Shown here piece after piece: positions 1 through 9,858 of a stretch of 64,000 bases of DNA. Position 1 is the first letter of the stretch. Each line of letters starts with the position of its first letter. The notes beneath the pieces were generated by a model. The model made no database searches. It saw only the letters and a list, made by a program, of their open reading frames with translations, and was not told where the DNA came from. The position numbers were made by a program, and so were the translations under genes. The stretch covers positions 168,684 to 232,683 of the IMG/VR virus record IMGVR_UViG_3300044638_006750, one strand, 5' to 3'.

Positions 1-558
1 TGCTTTCTCAAAAATATTTAAAAGTATATCATGACATTTTCTAATCTCCCACTTACCAATAACAGAGAATATATATTTGTCTGGTTTATTTGTAATTTTA
101 TTAACTAGCGTATGATCGAATATGGAAGTATCAACACCCAATGGAACAACCGTTATAGGTGTTTTGATGCTATATTTATTCACTAATATATCTTTAGCCC
201 AATGACTAGCAACATATACATGATCACAGCAACGGAAATTATGTTGTTCAATATTTGTTATTGTATCTAATTCAAAAAATGGGAAAACCCTATATTCGCC
301 AGATCCTATGCGAGAAGCTAAATCCCAAGCGTGCCATATCTTGAGAGATACAGCTTTGTGATTATAACTATTTCTATTTTCTAGAGCTTGTTCTATAAGA
401 GGTATTTTGTTCTGATTTATAGCTATGGGTTGGCCAATAGGAAATAGTGAAGTTTTTACACCCCGCTCCATAAGAGCCACTAGTATATTACAGCCAGCCA
501 CCCCATATCCTGTGTAAGTTACGGGTGCTTGTAGATTTATTTCTGATAATTTGCTCAC
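1..558 (-). CDS. Glycosyltransferase, GT-B/GT4-like (N-terminal part; runs off the left edge)
   Basis: Not in the ORF track. Manually translated from GTG at 558: MSKLSEINLQAPVTYTGYGVAGCNIL...VVPLGVDTSIF...FSVIGKWEIRKCHDILL, open to base 1. The TGYG, PLGVD and GKWExRK motifs are typical of phage GT4-like enzymes. Confidence 0.75.
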   Translation of the reverse strand, partial: MSKLSEINLQAPVTYTGYGVAGCNILVALMERGVKTSLFPIGQPIAINQNKIPLIEQALENRNSYNHKAVSLKIWHAWDLASRIGSGEYRVFPFFELDTITNIEQHNFRCCDHVYVASHWAKDILVNKYSIKTPITVVPLGVDTSIFDHTLVNKITNKPDKYIFSVIGKWEIRKCHDILLNIFEKA

Positions 559-561
559 TAG

Positions 562-1662
562 TTAGACTCCGAAAATAGGGTTTTTATTAGAATGAATTTG
601 ATTAACTCTACAAAACTGTCCACATTTGATCATATGCTTAATATGTGAGGCGCCAATATAACAGCAGCAAGACCTAATACCTCCTAGTAATTCTTGCACA
701 ACTTTATCTAGAGATCCCCTGTAAGGTATAGTAATTTTTGTCCCCTCTGAGGCTCTATAGCTTTTTTTGCCGTCTTCGAAAATATCTTGTGAATGATGAG
801 TACTCATTCCATAGTATGTGAATCTTCCCTTGCTTTTTTCATCTGTACCAATTACTTTAGAGTAATCTCCACCAAATTCCCATTCTCCCTCACAAGGTTC
901 AGTACCAGCAAAATACCCACCAAGCATCACAAAATCACTTCCTGCACACAATGCTTTACACACATCTCCTACTGTTTTATGTCCACCATCAGAACAGATC
1001 AACCCCAATTTTTTAGGGCCATTTTGAAGACCATGAGCAACATATGAATTTTCTAAAACACAAGATAGTTGCGGTATTCCGCATCCAGTTAAAAATCTGG
1101 TAGTACAAGCACTGCCACCGCCTATACCCGCTTTAACTATGTCTATACCACCATATATTAAAAGTTCTTGCGTTGATGAAGTATTTGTAACATTACCTGC
1201 CATAATAATACTATCAGGAAAACTTTCTCTAACTTTATGACAATATTTAACAAATGCATCCATATGTCCATTTGGAACATCGATACAAATATTTGGTTGT
1301 TTGTGTAATAAATTTTTTAAGTCTAGCAGATAGTTAAGATCGCTTTTTTTATATCCTATCGAAACAAAAGTATAATCAATATTTTGAGGATAATTTGTAA
1401 AATAATCTAGTAGTTGCTGGATTGTGTGATACTTATGTAAACAAGCTATCATTTTATGATTAGCTAGTTGTTTGGCCATTTCAAAAGAACAAAAACTCAT
1501 ATTGGCACACATTATAGGTATGCCCGTCCAATGTCTAGGACTATGATAAAATTGAAAAGTTCTTTCTAGATTAATATCTGATCTACTAGTTAAAGTTGAT
1601 CTTTGAGGAACAATAAGAACATCATCAAAATCTAACTTTGTTTCATTAATAATTTTTTGCAT
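562..1662 (-). CDS. guaC: GMP reductase (IMPDH/GMPR family)
   Basis: KLDFDDVLIVPQRS start, GIGGGSACTTR catalytic-Cys loop, SDGG, YYGMS and YRASEG motifs; no CBS insert. Confidence 0.9.
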   Translation of the reverse strand: MQKIINETKLDFDDVLIVPQRSTLTSRSDINLERTFQFYHSPRHWTGIPIMCANMSFCSFEMAKQLANHKMIACLHKYHTIQQLLDYFTNYPQNIDYTFVSIGYKKSDLNYLLDLKNLLHKQPNICIDVPNGHMDAFVKYCHKVRESFPDSIIMAGNVTNTSSTQELLIYGGIDIVKAGIGGGSACTTRFLTGCGIPQLSCVLENSYVAHGLQNGPKKLGLICSDGGHKTVGDVCKALCAGSDFVMLGGYFAGTEPCEGEWEFGGDYSKVIGTDEKSKGRFTYYGMSTHHSQDIFEDGKKSYRASEGTKITIPYRGSLDKVVQELLGGIRSCCCYIGASHIKHMIKCGQFCRVNQIHSNKNPIFGV

Positions 1663-1665
1663 GTT

Positions 1666-2196
1666 TTATACCGAAAAGAAATACCACCTTTTGTGTGTAT
1701 CAATATTCTCTGAATTATCTATATGAGACAGATAGTTTTTAAGTTCGTCCCAATTAGAAAATATCATTTGGTGAGGTATAGTACCAAATAGCCAGTCCGG
1801 CGTTTGATTCTTACCTTGTTCCATATGTACTATTATGGGTTTTTTTTGTCTATTTGCCCAAAAAATTTCTTCGTATGTTCCACATGGATGAATATCTAAG
1901 TTTAGATTAACAATTAGAAAATCACTAATGTCTACTAATCTCAGATCTACACGACGTATAACCTTCATCATTTCTGCTAGTTCGTCGTATCTTTCAGACG
2001 CCTTTAGCTTTGTTTTTATAATATGAGAATCATTGTCTTCCATACCTGTTGTAGTCGGCTTTGTTATAGGGTTGAATACTACAACACCCTTTTGTTCTAA
2101 AAATGGAGTTATATTATCTCTCCATGTCATACCTCTGTCTGGAACTCTATCCATAGCACCAGCGAGATATACTCTTTGATTCTTTAGTCTATTCAT
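1666..2196 (-). CDS. Nucleoside 2-deoxyribosyltransferase / nucleotide N-hydrolase-like protein
   Basis: VYLAGAM start, DLRLVDISD, GTYEEIFWA with the catalytic Glu, KPII. Confidence 0.7.
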   Translation of the reverse strand: MNRLKNQRVYLAGAMDRVPDRGMTWRDNITPFLEQKGVVVFNPITKPTTTGMEDNDSHIIKTKLKASERYDELAEMMKVIRRVDLRLVDISDFLIVNLNLDIHPCGTYEEIFWANRQKKPIIVHMEQGKNQTPDWLFGTIPHQMIFSNWDELKNYLSHIDNSENIDTHKRWYFFSV

Positions 2197-2249
2197 AGAA
2201 ACACATTAATAAAAAAAGCACAAGAAGAAAAAGTAACATACAACATTAT

Positions 2250-2924
2250 TTATAGGTTAGACCAATCACCATTTAGTTTAGACCATTTGATATGCATAAG
2301 CGTTTCTGAGACACCAAAATAATATGGATTAATCAATCCTCTAAGTTTATTAGATTTAATTGTACTTGAAGCATTGTTGTGATGCTTACATAGTATACCG
2401 GGTGTTTTCTGAATAGTCCAGCCGTTTTTTCTTACACGCTTCATATAATCTATGTCTAAATGATAAAACGGACAACACAACCAGTCCCATTCTCCAACAT
2501 CGCTTAGCATCTCTGTTTTGTATGCACAAAACAAATCTTCATTTTCATTGGCGTCCTGATGAACCCATCCTATTTTTTTAGAGGTGTCACTAAATGATAA
2601 CTTAGCGGCTTCTAGCAGTATATTGTCCCCATTTTCTGTCATAACCTCGCAATCGTTGTGCATAAAGGTTATGAAGTCTGTATTTTCATTAATAGCAATA
2701 AACCTCATCCAATTATAGGTTTGAGCTGTGGTCAATGGTACTGGAGGTCTAATCAGCATGAATCCAAACTCAATATTTTGTCCAATATACTCAGCTAATG
2801 AACCATCATCACTATTGTCTATTAGTAGTGTATTAGGCCATAAATTAGGGACGCTTTTTAAAGCGGATAGGGTTAAATCTGGTCTGTTAACATGCGGAAT
2901 AAAATGAATAAATTTCATAATCAA
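2250..2924 (-). CDS. Glycosyltransferase, GT-A/GT2-like
   Basis: LIDNSDD, FMHND (DxD-like), YHLDIDY, and C-terminal HHNNASSTI. Confidence 0.65.
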   Translation of the reverse strand: MIMKFIHFIPHVNRPDLTLSALKSVPNLWPNTLLIDNSDDGSLAEYIGQNIEFGFMLIRPPVPLTTAQTYNWMRFIAINENTDFITFMHNDCEVMTENGDNILLEAAKLSFSDTSKKIGWVHQDANENEDLFCAYKTEMLSDVGEWDWLCCPFYHLDIDYMKRVRKNGWTIQKTPGILCKHHNNASSTIKSNKLRGLINPYYFGVSETLMHIKWSKLNGDWSNL

Positions 2925-3499
2925 CTATTTTTTTGATTTTGTTTATTATATGTATAGACAAAGACATCATAGTTGCCCCAGATATCTTCAATCAGATCAG
3001 AGATAAAATTCCAATTGCCTCCAGCAATACCAGACCCGAATTTTGGAGTATGTATTTCTATTTTTTGGTTTTCTGATTGTGCTTGAAAATTCTTGATGAA
3101 TTGACCAACAAGAGTCATTGATTTAACTAGTGCCTGATAATTTAAACATCTTCTATGATTTTTATCTGGTAATCCGTTTTGAGCTATCATATTAGCAAAC
3201 ATTAGTTTATAGCCATATTTATTTTTAACCGGAATCTCTATAATTTGTGCGTGTCCAAAATTATTTCTCATAAAGGTTTTACCAAGCATGTGATAATTTT
3301 CTTTTACGATAGGGTAGTGATTAGATACGGCAGCGGCAAAACCTCCGCCAAACACATCTATATTATTACATACATGAGGTACTATGACCGAACTTCCAAG
3401 TTTTTCAGAAGATAGTCTTTTTATTATTCTCTCAAAAATATCGTCATTACTTACTGTGTAAAAAGACCTATGAGATGCGTTGTGGTATTTTGTTTGCAT
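2921..3499 (-). CDS. Macro domain ADP-ribose hydrolase-like protein (TARG1/DarG/Poa1-type)
   Basis: PHVCNNIDVFGGGFAAAV, NMIAQ and TPKFGSGIAGGNW motifs. Confidence 0.8.
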   Translation of the reverse strand: MQTKYHNASHRSFYTVSNDDIFERIIKRLSSEKLGSSVIVPHVCNNIDVFGGGFAAAVSNHYPIVKENYHMLGKTFMRNNFGHAQIIEIPVKNKYGYKLMFANMIAQNGLPDKNHRRCLNYQALVKSMTLVGQFIKNFQAQSENQKIEIHTPKFGSGIAGGNWNFISDLIEDIWGNYDVFVYTYNKQNQKNS

Positions 3500-3560
3500 A
3501 GATTACTCCTCTTTTGACTTATAGTAGCTCCCAACCTACATACAAGCAAACCATCAGCAT

Positions 3561-4394
3561 CTAAGACAAAATCTGTTCTATCAGATCGTCAGATATCGCC
3601 ATTTCTTTATCGCTCGGGGAGTAGTATTTAGATTCTTCGTTAATCGTGGTATTATCAAAAATCCTATCTATCCACGTAAAACCATACTGATCCTTGTCAT
3701 ATTGAAGAACTGGAGTAGAATTATGTTCTAAAAAATTTTGATTAGATATTTTTTTCAAAAAATCAAATGATACTTTTTTTTCTAGCCTTTCTGCAATATT
3801 TTTAAACATAGCCATACTTAATATTCTACAAGGGTGGTTATGAGTAGCAAATAATTTTGTTTTTAAAAAATTTTGATTTATAAAATTACTAACATTTTCA
3901 TAACTGTGTTTAATTAATGATTTATCCAATCTATGTTTAGATTGAATGAAACTATTTCTTGTATCTTCAATAGATTTTTTATATATATGAACAATATCGT
4001 ATGCATATAATTCCAGCTCTAAGTTACTCATTCTAATTTCTTTTAGGTCTGAAATGTCAAATGTTTCAAAAAAGTTATTTGGAATATTTTTGTCTGTATT
4101 TAAAATTTGATAATTTTTTATAGTTTCTGTAATAATTAAATCTGTTTTCTGTAAAATGTTACGAATATCAGAGATCGGAAAAAGATAATTTTTCTCTGCA
4201 TTCCATTTCTGTCCCCAAAACGGAGTATAAATACAATAAATGTTAAACTCTGGAAAAAGTAAACTTAAATAATACATTATTGGAGTTGTTCTACAGCTTC
4301 CCAAAAATAAAATATTTCTAGGTCCACACCCTTTATAAATCATGAAATTATTGCTAGCATTTAATTCACTAAGTTTCGCAGCGAGTATTATCAT
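3561..4394 (-). CDS. WcbI-like polysaccharide biosynthesis protein
   Basis: FLGSCR near the N-terminus and LFATHNHP, resembling the GNCQ...F.T.NHP pattern of the WcbI family. Confidence 0.5.
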   Translation of the reverse strand: MIILAAKLSELNASNNFMIYKGCGPRNILFLGSCRTTPIMYYLSLLFPEFNIYCIYTPFWGQKWNAEKNYLFPISDIRNILQKTDLIITETIKNYQILNTDKNIPNNFFETFDISDLKEIRMSNLELELYAYDIVHIYKKSIEDTRNSFIQSKHRLDKSLIKHSYENVSNFINQNFLKTKLFATHNHPCRILSMAMFKNIAERLEKKVSFDFLKKISNQNFLEHNSTPVLQYDKDQYGFTWIDRIFDNTTINEESKYYSPSDKEMAISDDLIEQILS

Positions 4395-5038
4395 TGAATT
4401 AAATTTAAAATTTCTTTATATTTGTTTGTTTTTAAAGTATTACAACTTGATGATGAGAAGTGTATTAATTTCCCTATTTTTGGATAATTAGCTACAAGAT
4501 TTAAACTTTTATAATCTGTTTTACGGTTAGATAACATAATCATATCTGATGTATGTTCTTTATTATTTATAAGATGAATGTCTATTGGTTTTAGAACCAT
4601 AAATGATTTCAACATATTAAAATAATCTTCAGATCTACCAGACACTACACAAGGGACATGTCCCTGATAAATAGTTAATTCTGTGAAATCAAAAAAATTT
4701 ATATCTTCTTGAAATGTATTATTTATTACATCATAATCAATCATTACTCCTCCTCCTATGTTAGCCATTGCTAACCATCTCATATAACAATGATAGTCGT
4801 AGGACGAAGGATTGATGCTTGGGAATGTTTTTATTATTGTTGAATACTCATTATATAAAGGATGAGACAAAGCGTCTTTTTCGGATATTATCTTCAGTTC
4901 CCATCCATGATTTAGCCAAGATTTTGCACATAGCTCTATTAAAGACTCTTGAGAATATTCTTTTGCAGGCCGATGTTCGATCTCGGGTACAACTTCATAA
5001 TATGTATAGATAATATTATTTTTTGTGCAGTATTGCAT
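4391..5038 (-). CDS. Putative glycosyltransferase (DxD, GT32-like)
   Basis: YMRWLAM...GGVMIDYDV motif; position in the glyco-operon. Confidence 0.55.
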   Translation of the reverse strand: MQYCTKNNIIYTYYEVVPEIEHRPAKEYSQESLIELCAKSWLNHGWELKIISEKDALSHPLYNEYSTIIKTFPSINPSSYDYHCYMRWLAMANIGGGVMIDYDVINNTFQEDINFFDFTELTIYQGHVPCVVSGRSEDYFNMLKSFMVLKPIDIHLINNKEHTSDMIMLSNRKTDYKSLNLVANYPKIGKLIHFSSSSCNTLKTNKYKEILNLIQ

Positions 5039-6266
5039 AGTTATATTTTTCTTTTAGTTCTGTGATCGGCATATTTCTATTCTCTTCACTATTTAAACTT
5101 AAATTAACAATCAATGTTGTATACACATATTGTTTTTTTATATAGTTCCATAATATTTTATTGTGTTTAGATGATTCTCTATCAAAATGATAATGCATTA
5201 CTAATTTAAGCAAATAGTCGTATGGCATGTCTGGACTATGATATTTAATATACTCTGGCATTACAGACTTACAAAACTGCATATATTCCTGAAATAAAGG
5301 ATTTCCAGTAGCATATATAGAAGTTCCTCCATTAATATGGCTATTTAATAAGGACGAATATGATTCATTACTAACGCCATCATACTGAGAACCAGAAATT
5401 AAAAAAGGTTGGGATGAACAGTATTTAACCAGTCTATCTAACCACTTATCAGATAGATAACAGTCGCACTCCAACAATAAGCTAGAGTTGTATTTTCTTA
5501 ACAAATCCATAACTGCAAAGAAAACATAGTTTGGACCCGATTTATATCCGTATAGAGGGATTACATTTTCATCACAATCAGAATTTTTTCCCCAATAAAT
5601 ATCTAAGTCTTGAGGGATATCTAAATAAATAATCTCTAAATGTTTAAATTTGTTTTTTAAATTATTGATACCATTATTGTTTTCATAAAATTGTTGATCA
5701 TATTTTTTATTAGCTATAATTATTAAATCTATATTTTTTGACAAATCGGCATTGGTGTTTTTATCTATCTGGTCTAAGAAATTAAGATATGAGTTATCGG
5801 TAATTTCTTGTTCACCTGTTGCCAGTAAACAAATACATTCTAGGTTATTTTCATAGTGTTTAATGCTATCAAGCGAACAATACTGAGAGATATCTTTAAA
5901 TAATCTAGTATCTTCTTTATTGACTTCAAAATATGACAATATATGATCATTTGTAATTAAAGTTTTATCTATTTCATTAAAATCTTTTTTTAAGTTATTA
6001 ATAATTTGTTTAATATTATGATATTTTTTTTCATATAATTGAATTAGAGTATAATAATACCATTCTGAAAATTCAATATTCTTGCTTTCCAACACTAAAT
6101 TAATTTTTTCATCAATATTATCTATCAGTTCTGAGAGTTTGTAGTATGGCCAAGACTGATTGGGGTTTAAATTAATAGCTTTATATAATAGTTCTTTAGC
6201 TATTTCTGGTTGATTATTTTTAATACACAGCATTGCAGCTTTAGCGTATTCTTCCCAATTATTCAT
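5016..6266 (-). CDS. TPR-like N-terminus plus putative nucleotide-diphospho-sugar transferase domain
   Basis: AKELLYKAINLNPNQSWPYY is TPR-like; SGPN, LLECDC and HINGGTSIYA occur in the C-terminal half. Confidence 0.45.
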   Translation of the reverse strand: MNNWEEYAKAAMLCIKNNQPEIAKELLYKAINLNPNQSWPYYKLSELIDNIDEKINLVLESKNIEFSEWYYYTLIQLYEKKYHNIKQIINNLKKDFNEIDKTLITNDHILSYFEVNKEDTRLFKDISQYCSLDSIKHYENNLECICLLATGEQEITDNSYLNFLDQIDKNTNADLSKNIDLIIIANKKYDQQFYENNNGINNLKNKFKHLEIIYLDIPQDLDIYWGKNSDCDENVIPLYGYKSGPNYVFFAVMDLLRKYNSSLLLECDCYLSDKWLDRLVKYCSSQPFLISGSQYDGVSNESYSSLLNSHINGGTSIYATGNPLFQEYMQFCKSVMPEYIKYHSPDMPYDYLLKLVMHYHFDRESSKHNKILWNYIKKQYVYTTLIVNLSLNSEENRNMPITELKEKYNYAILHKK

Positions 6267-8421
6267 TATATCTTTCTATATTAGAGATGCCTAAATTTTT
6301 GATAATATCTAAGAATTTTTTTTGATTAATAGCTTGAAATTTTTTAGTGCCTTTTAAAATATCTGTTCCGCTAGAGGAACCCTCGTCGTGAATAGCCTCG
6401 CATCTTGGATCATATATGGTTTTTAATCCATAAAAATGAGCCCTGTACTGCCATTCACTATCTTCATAATACATAGAATCTAATTCATGGCTAAAAACAC
6501 CTATTTTATTAATTGCTCCTCTTTTCATATATAATAAACATCCTGAGCAATATCCAGTATATTTAGGAATATTATATTTATAAGTTTTAGGATGGTCATA
6601 TCTACCTTTATTCAAACCAGTACCATCACTGTATAACTCTGCTCCAGCTTCAGCTAGTCTTCCGTCAGGATATATTGTTTTACCTCCAGCCGCCGCTATA
6701 TAATCTGCTATATATGCGCTAGAATATAAATAATTTAACCAATATTTATCTATAATTTCAATATCATCATTAATTAATAATATATCTGACTCTTTGTATC
6801 TTGGATCAAGCATAATCTTATTATTTGGAATAATAAAATATTCATTTTGATTGTTTTTTATATATTCAATAGTATTAGGATATATTTGAACATATTTTTT
6901 TAATAGTCTCTCGGTTTCTTTATTTGTTCCATTATCTGTAACTACAATTTTATAATTTAAATAAGATGTTTTTTGTAAAATAGAATCTATACATTTACGT
7001 AATTTTTTGGGTTGATTATATGTAACTATACTAATTGTAACTTGTTTATCTTGTAGCGTGTGTTTGAGAACATTGATAGCAGACTCTTTGGATACTATTT
7101 TATCTAGATGTTCTTTCCCGGCCTCACCCAGCTGTATTTTTTGTTTATTTTTAAGACTAAAATAGTACTGTAGACCATCTATAAATTCAAAATTAGATTC
7201 TGCTATAATAGCATGGTTTTTATGTATAAAATTAATACCTTCGTTTCCTATACTGGAAGTTATAATAGGAATGCCACTCATACCAGCATCACATATTTTC
7301 CCTTTTATGCCTGCTCCCCAATTTAGAGGAGCAATTAATATACTTGTTTTTTTATATACATCAGAAATTTTTTCTATACAACCCAAGTATTCTATAGAAG
7401 GATCAGAAGAGATATTATCTTGTATTGTTTTATCTAAATTTGGACCAATAAGTAATAGTTTTGGTTTTATTTTAAGATTATTGTATATATTAGTTAGTTG
7501 AAAACTTTTAAAAATTTCTATAGATCTAATAGCACCATCTAGATTGGGACCATGGGCGTAATTTCCTATAAAAACTATATTATTCCCTAGTTTACAAGTA
7601 TGTTTGTGATGAATATTGCTTAATATTTTAATGTTATGATTATATCCTATTTCATCTTGTATATATTCTTTATCTTTTTCTGTAACGGCAAAAATTACAT
7701 TAGCAGATAAATATACTTGTTTTTCTATTTTTTTACGAACATCAAGAATGGATTGTTGTATATTTAAGTGTCCAGAGTCCTTTCCTCGCTGTTCTCTAAT
7801 CCAGTGTACATCAACAGTATCTATAATAATTTTAATATTTGGATAATATTTTTTTACGATGTCAAGATATTGATTAGCTATATCATACCAAGAAAAAATT
7901 ACATTGTCAAAAACAATATTTGATTTTTTAGCTTTTTTTAAATATGTGTCTAAGTATATTTGTTTGTCTATGTCTGGCAAAAAATATGGTATTTTTATAG
8001 CGTCTAGAGCATCTAGATATTTTTTTTTAGAGGATCCATTACAAAGAAACCAGACATTATATTGCAGATCTATTTTTAATATTTTAAGTATCTCTAATAA
8101 TCTATTGCCTCCGCTGCTGGTGTCGTAGTCTGGCGCCATTGGCGAAAAATATAATAGATTTTTACCATTATTCCAAATTTCTGGCACCAGTTCATGTGAT
8201 GAAACGGTCTCTGAAAACGATGGAACAATTTTTTTGTAAGCTCTATTCTCTTTACGTCCATATAAAATATAATGTTCTTTAGCCTTTTGTTCATCGTCTA
8301 TACCGGCGACTATGAGGTCAGGATGTAACAGCGTATAAATAATAGGATCAAAATCTTTAGGTAGCAAAAATCCATATTGCTCAACAACTCTTTTGGTATA
8401 TGTATTTGAAACCCATCTCAT
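6259..8421 (-). CDS. Bifunctional glycosyltransferase (GT4 + GT2) with an N-terminal FD..Y..HPDL..HY..YG.KE.R module
   Basis: SSGGNRL and APLNWGAGIKGKICDAGMSGIPIIT (GT4); IVTYNQ, VTDNG, LLINDDI, YYEDSEW and IHDEGSS (GT2). Confidence 0.85.
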   Translation of the reverse strand: MRWVSNTYTKRVVEQYGFLLPKDFDPIIYTLLHPDLIVAGIDDEQKAKEHYILYGRKENRAYKKIVPSFSETVSSHELVPEIWNNGKNLLYFSPMAPDYDTSSGGNRLLEILKILKIDLQYNVWFLCNGSSKKKYLDALDAIKIPYFLPDIDKQIYLDTYLKKAKKSNIVFDNVIFSWYDIANQYLDIVKKYYPNIKIIIDTVDVHWIREQRGKDSGHLNIQQSILDVRKKIEKQVYLSANVIFAVTEKDKEYIQDEIGYNHNIKILSNIHHKHTCKLGNNIVFIGNYAHGPNLDGAIRSIEIFKSFQLTNIYNNLKIKPKLLLIGPNLDKTIQDNISSDPSIEYLGCIEKISDVYKKTSILIAPLNWGAGIKGKICDAGMSGIPIITSSIGNEGINFIHKNHAIIAESNFEFIDGLQYYFSLKNKQKIQLGEAGKEHLDKIVSKESAINVLKHTLQDKQVTISIVTYNQPKKLRKCIDSILQKTSYLNYKIVVTDNGTNKETERLLKKYVQIYPNTIEYIKNNQNEYFIIPNNKIMLDPRYKESDILLINDDIEIIDKYWLNYLYSSAYIADYIAAAGGKTIYPDGRLAEAGAELYSDGTGLNKGRYDHPKTYKYNIPKYTGYCSGCLLYMKRGAINKIGVFSHELDSMYYEDSEWQYRAHFYGLKTIYDPRCEAIHDEGSSSGTDILKGTKKFQAINQKKFLDIIKNLGISNIERYNE

Positions 8422-9101
8422 ATGATTAAATCAGTATTGTAAAAATTTTGCAATAATTGAATTTCGTATTTAATTTTATTACATATTATGTTTTTTACTT
8501 TGTCTCCTATTATAGAATCAGAATCAACAGGAGACCTATTCATATGGTGATTAGTAATATGTAGTTGAAACGGATTTGAGTCATTAAAAATTTCACAAAG
8601 TTTTTGATTTTCTACCTGAAAAATAAAGTTATATTTTTTAAGTTCTTCTATAGCAATCTCATATTTTTCTTTTAAAGATTTTTCTTTATATTTCACATTA
8701 GTTAAATATTCTATAGTCATATTGCCAAATCTGTCTAAGTAATTATTAAGCAAATTTTCTGAAAGGTTGTCTATGTGTTGACCATAAAAATAATGAATGT
8801 GGCTTATCACTCGTTTAACAGGATCTCTGATAGTCAGTATTCTGTATGTGTCTTCTATAGAAAGCTTAAAAATATCTTCTATATAATAGCTGGGACTATG
8901 GTCTATGAACATCAGAGTATCAGAGTGAATTGTGTCTATTAAATGAGGTTGTTCATATAAACACATATTTCCATGAGTAAATTGCGAGATATATGCTGGG
9001 GCTTGTTGAAAATGTTCGTTGTTCTTATAGCCTTCATAAAATCCTCTTTTAAGACTGGACCCTCCACATCTGGGAATATGATTTAAAACTAAGTATTTCA
9101 T
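8418..9101 (-). CDS. Sulfotransferase family protein
   Basis: HIPRCGGSS (5'-PSB loop) and TIRDPVKRVISH (3'-PB motif). Confidence 0.8.
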   Translation of the reverse strand: MKYLVLNHIPRCGGSSLKRGFYEGYKNNEHFQQAPAYISQFTHGNMCLYEQPHLIDTIHSDTLMFIDHSPSYYIEDIFKLSIEDTYRILTIRDPVKRVISHIHYFYGQHIDNLSENLLNNYLDRFGNMTIEYLTNVKYKEKSLKEKYEIAIEELKKYNFIFQVENQKLCEIFNDSNPFQLHITNHHMNRSPVDSDSIIGDKVKNIICNKIKYEIQLLQNFYNTDLII

Positions 9102-9105
9102 ATGT

Positions 9106-9858
9106 TTAGTTACAAATTAGATTATTAATTAATAGTTTAGATAAAGGAACATCTTTATTGCAGACATACGAGTCTGAGCAATGATGTATGACACAATTGG
9201 GATCAATTAGCGAAAAACTATAGTGTAATAAATTCCTAGAATAATATCCTTGAGGAATATTATAGTAAAGCAATCCTTCAGCCGATGATTCTAATATACC
9301 CTCATGTTTGCCTGTTCCAGCATATTCTTTTGAAGCTGGACATGAAAGATATTCTTTCATCATTATTTTATCCATAATATACATTGCTTGATGATTTTCT
9401 GGTAAATTAATATAATTTGATTTGTATTTTTTAATATCTCTAATGGAGTAAGTCCTGGTTATATCTGTTAAATACCATCTGTTTTGCAAATGCTCTACCC
9501 TGATGAATCCGGGAAAAAATCTTTTATCATCTATTTCTTGTCTATGATATAACCAATAATCTATATTATTCTGATCGATAACTACATCGTCTTCTGTATA
9601 TATAAAATGTGTGTATGATGAGTCATCATAATATTTTTGCATTACTGGAATATGTTTCCACGGTAAATGGAACGGGTGTTCTAGCTCTCCAACATAATAA
9701 TATTCGGTATTTGGATTATTGCATATAACAGTTATATCTATATTATATGACGTATTTTGTAATTTATTTATCACACGTTCTAAAAATTTTTTTCTTTCTT
9801 CTCTGTAATAGAAAGTTATTACACAGGCTATTTTATCCGCCATACCAGTATCTTCCAT
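9106..9858 (-). CDS. Putative GT-A glycosyltransferase
   Basis: FIYTEDDV motif, PGFIRVE and VIHH; operon context. Confidence 0.55.
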   Translation of the reverse strand: MEDTGMADKIACVITFYYREERKKFLERVINKLQNTSYNIDITVICNNPNTEYYYVGELEHPFHLPWKHIPVMQKYYDDSSYTHFIYTEDDVVIDQNNIDYWLYHRQEIDDKRFFPGFIRVEHLQNRWYLTDITRTYSIRDIKKYKSNYINLPENHQAMYIMDKIMMKEYLSCPASKEYAGTGKHEGILESSAEGLLYYNIPQGYYSRNLLHYSFSLIDPNCVIHHCSDSYVCNKDVPLSKLLINNLICN

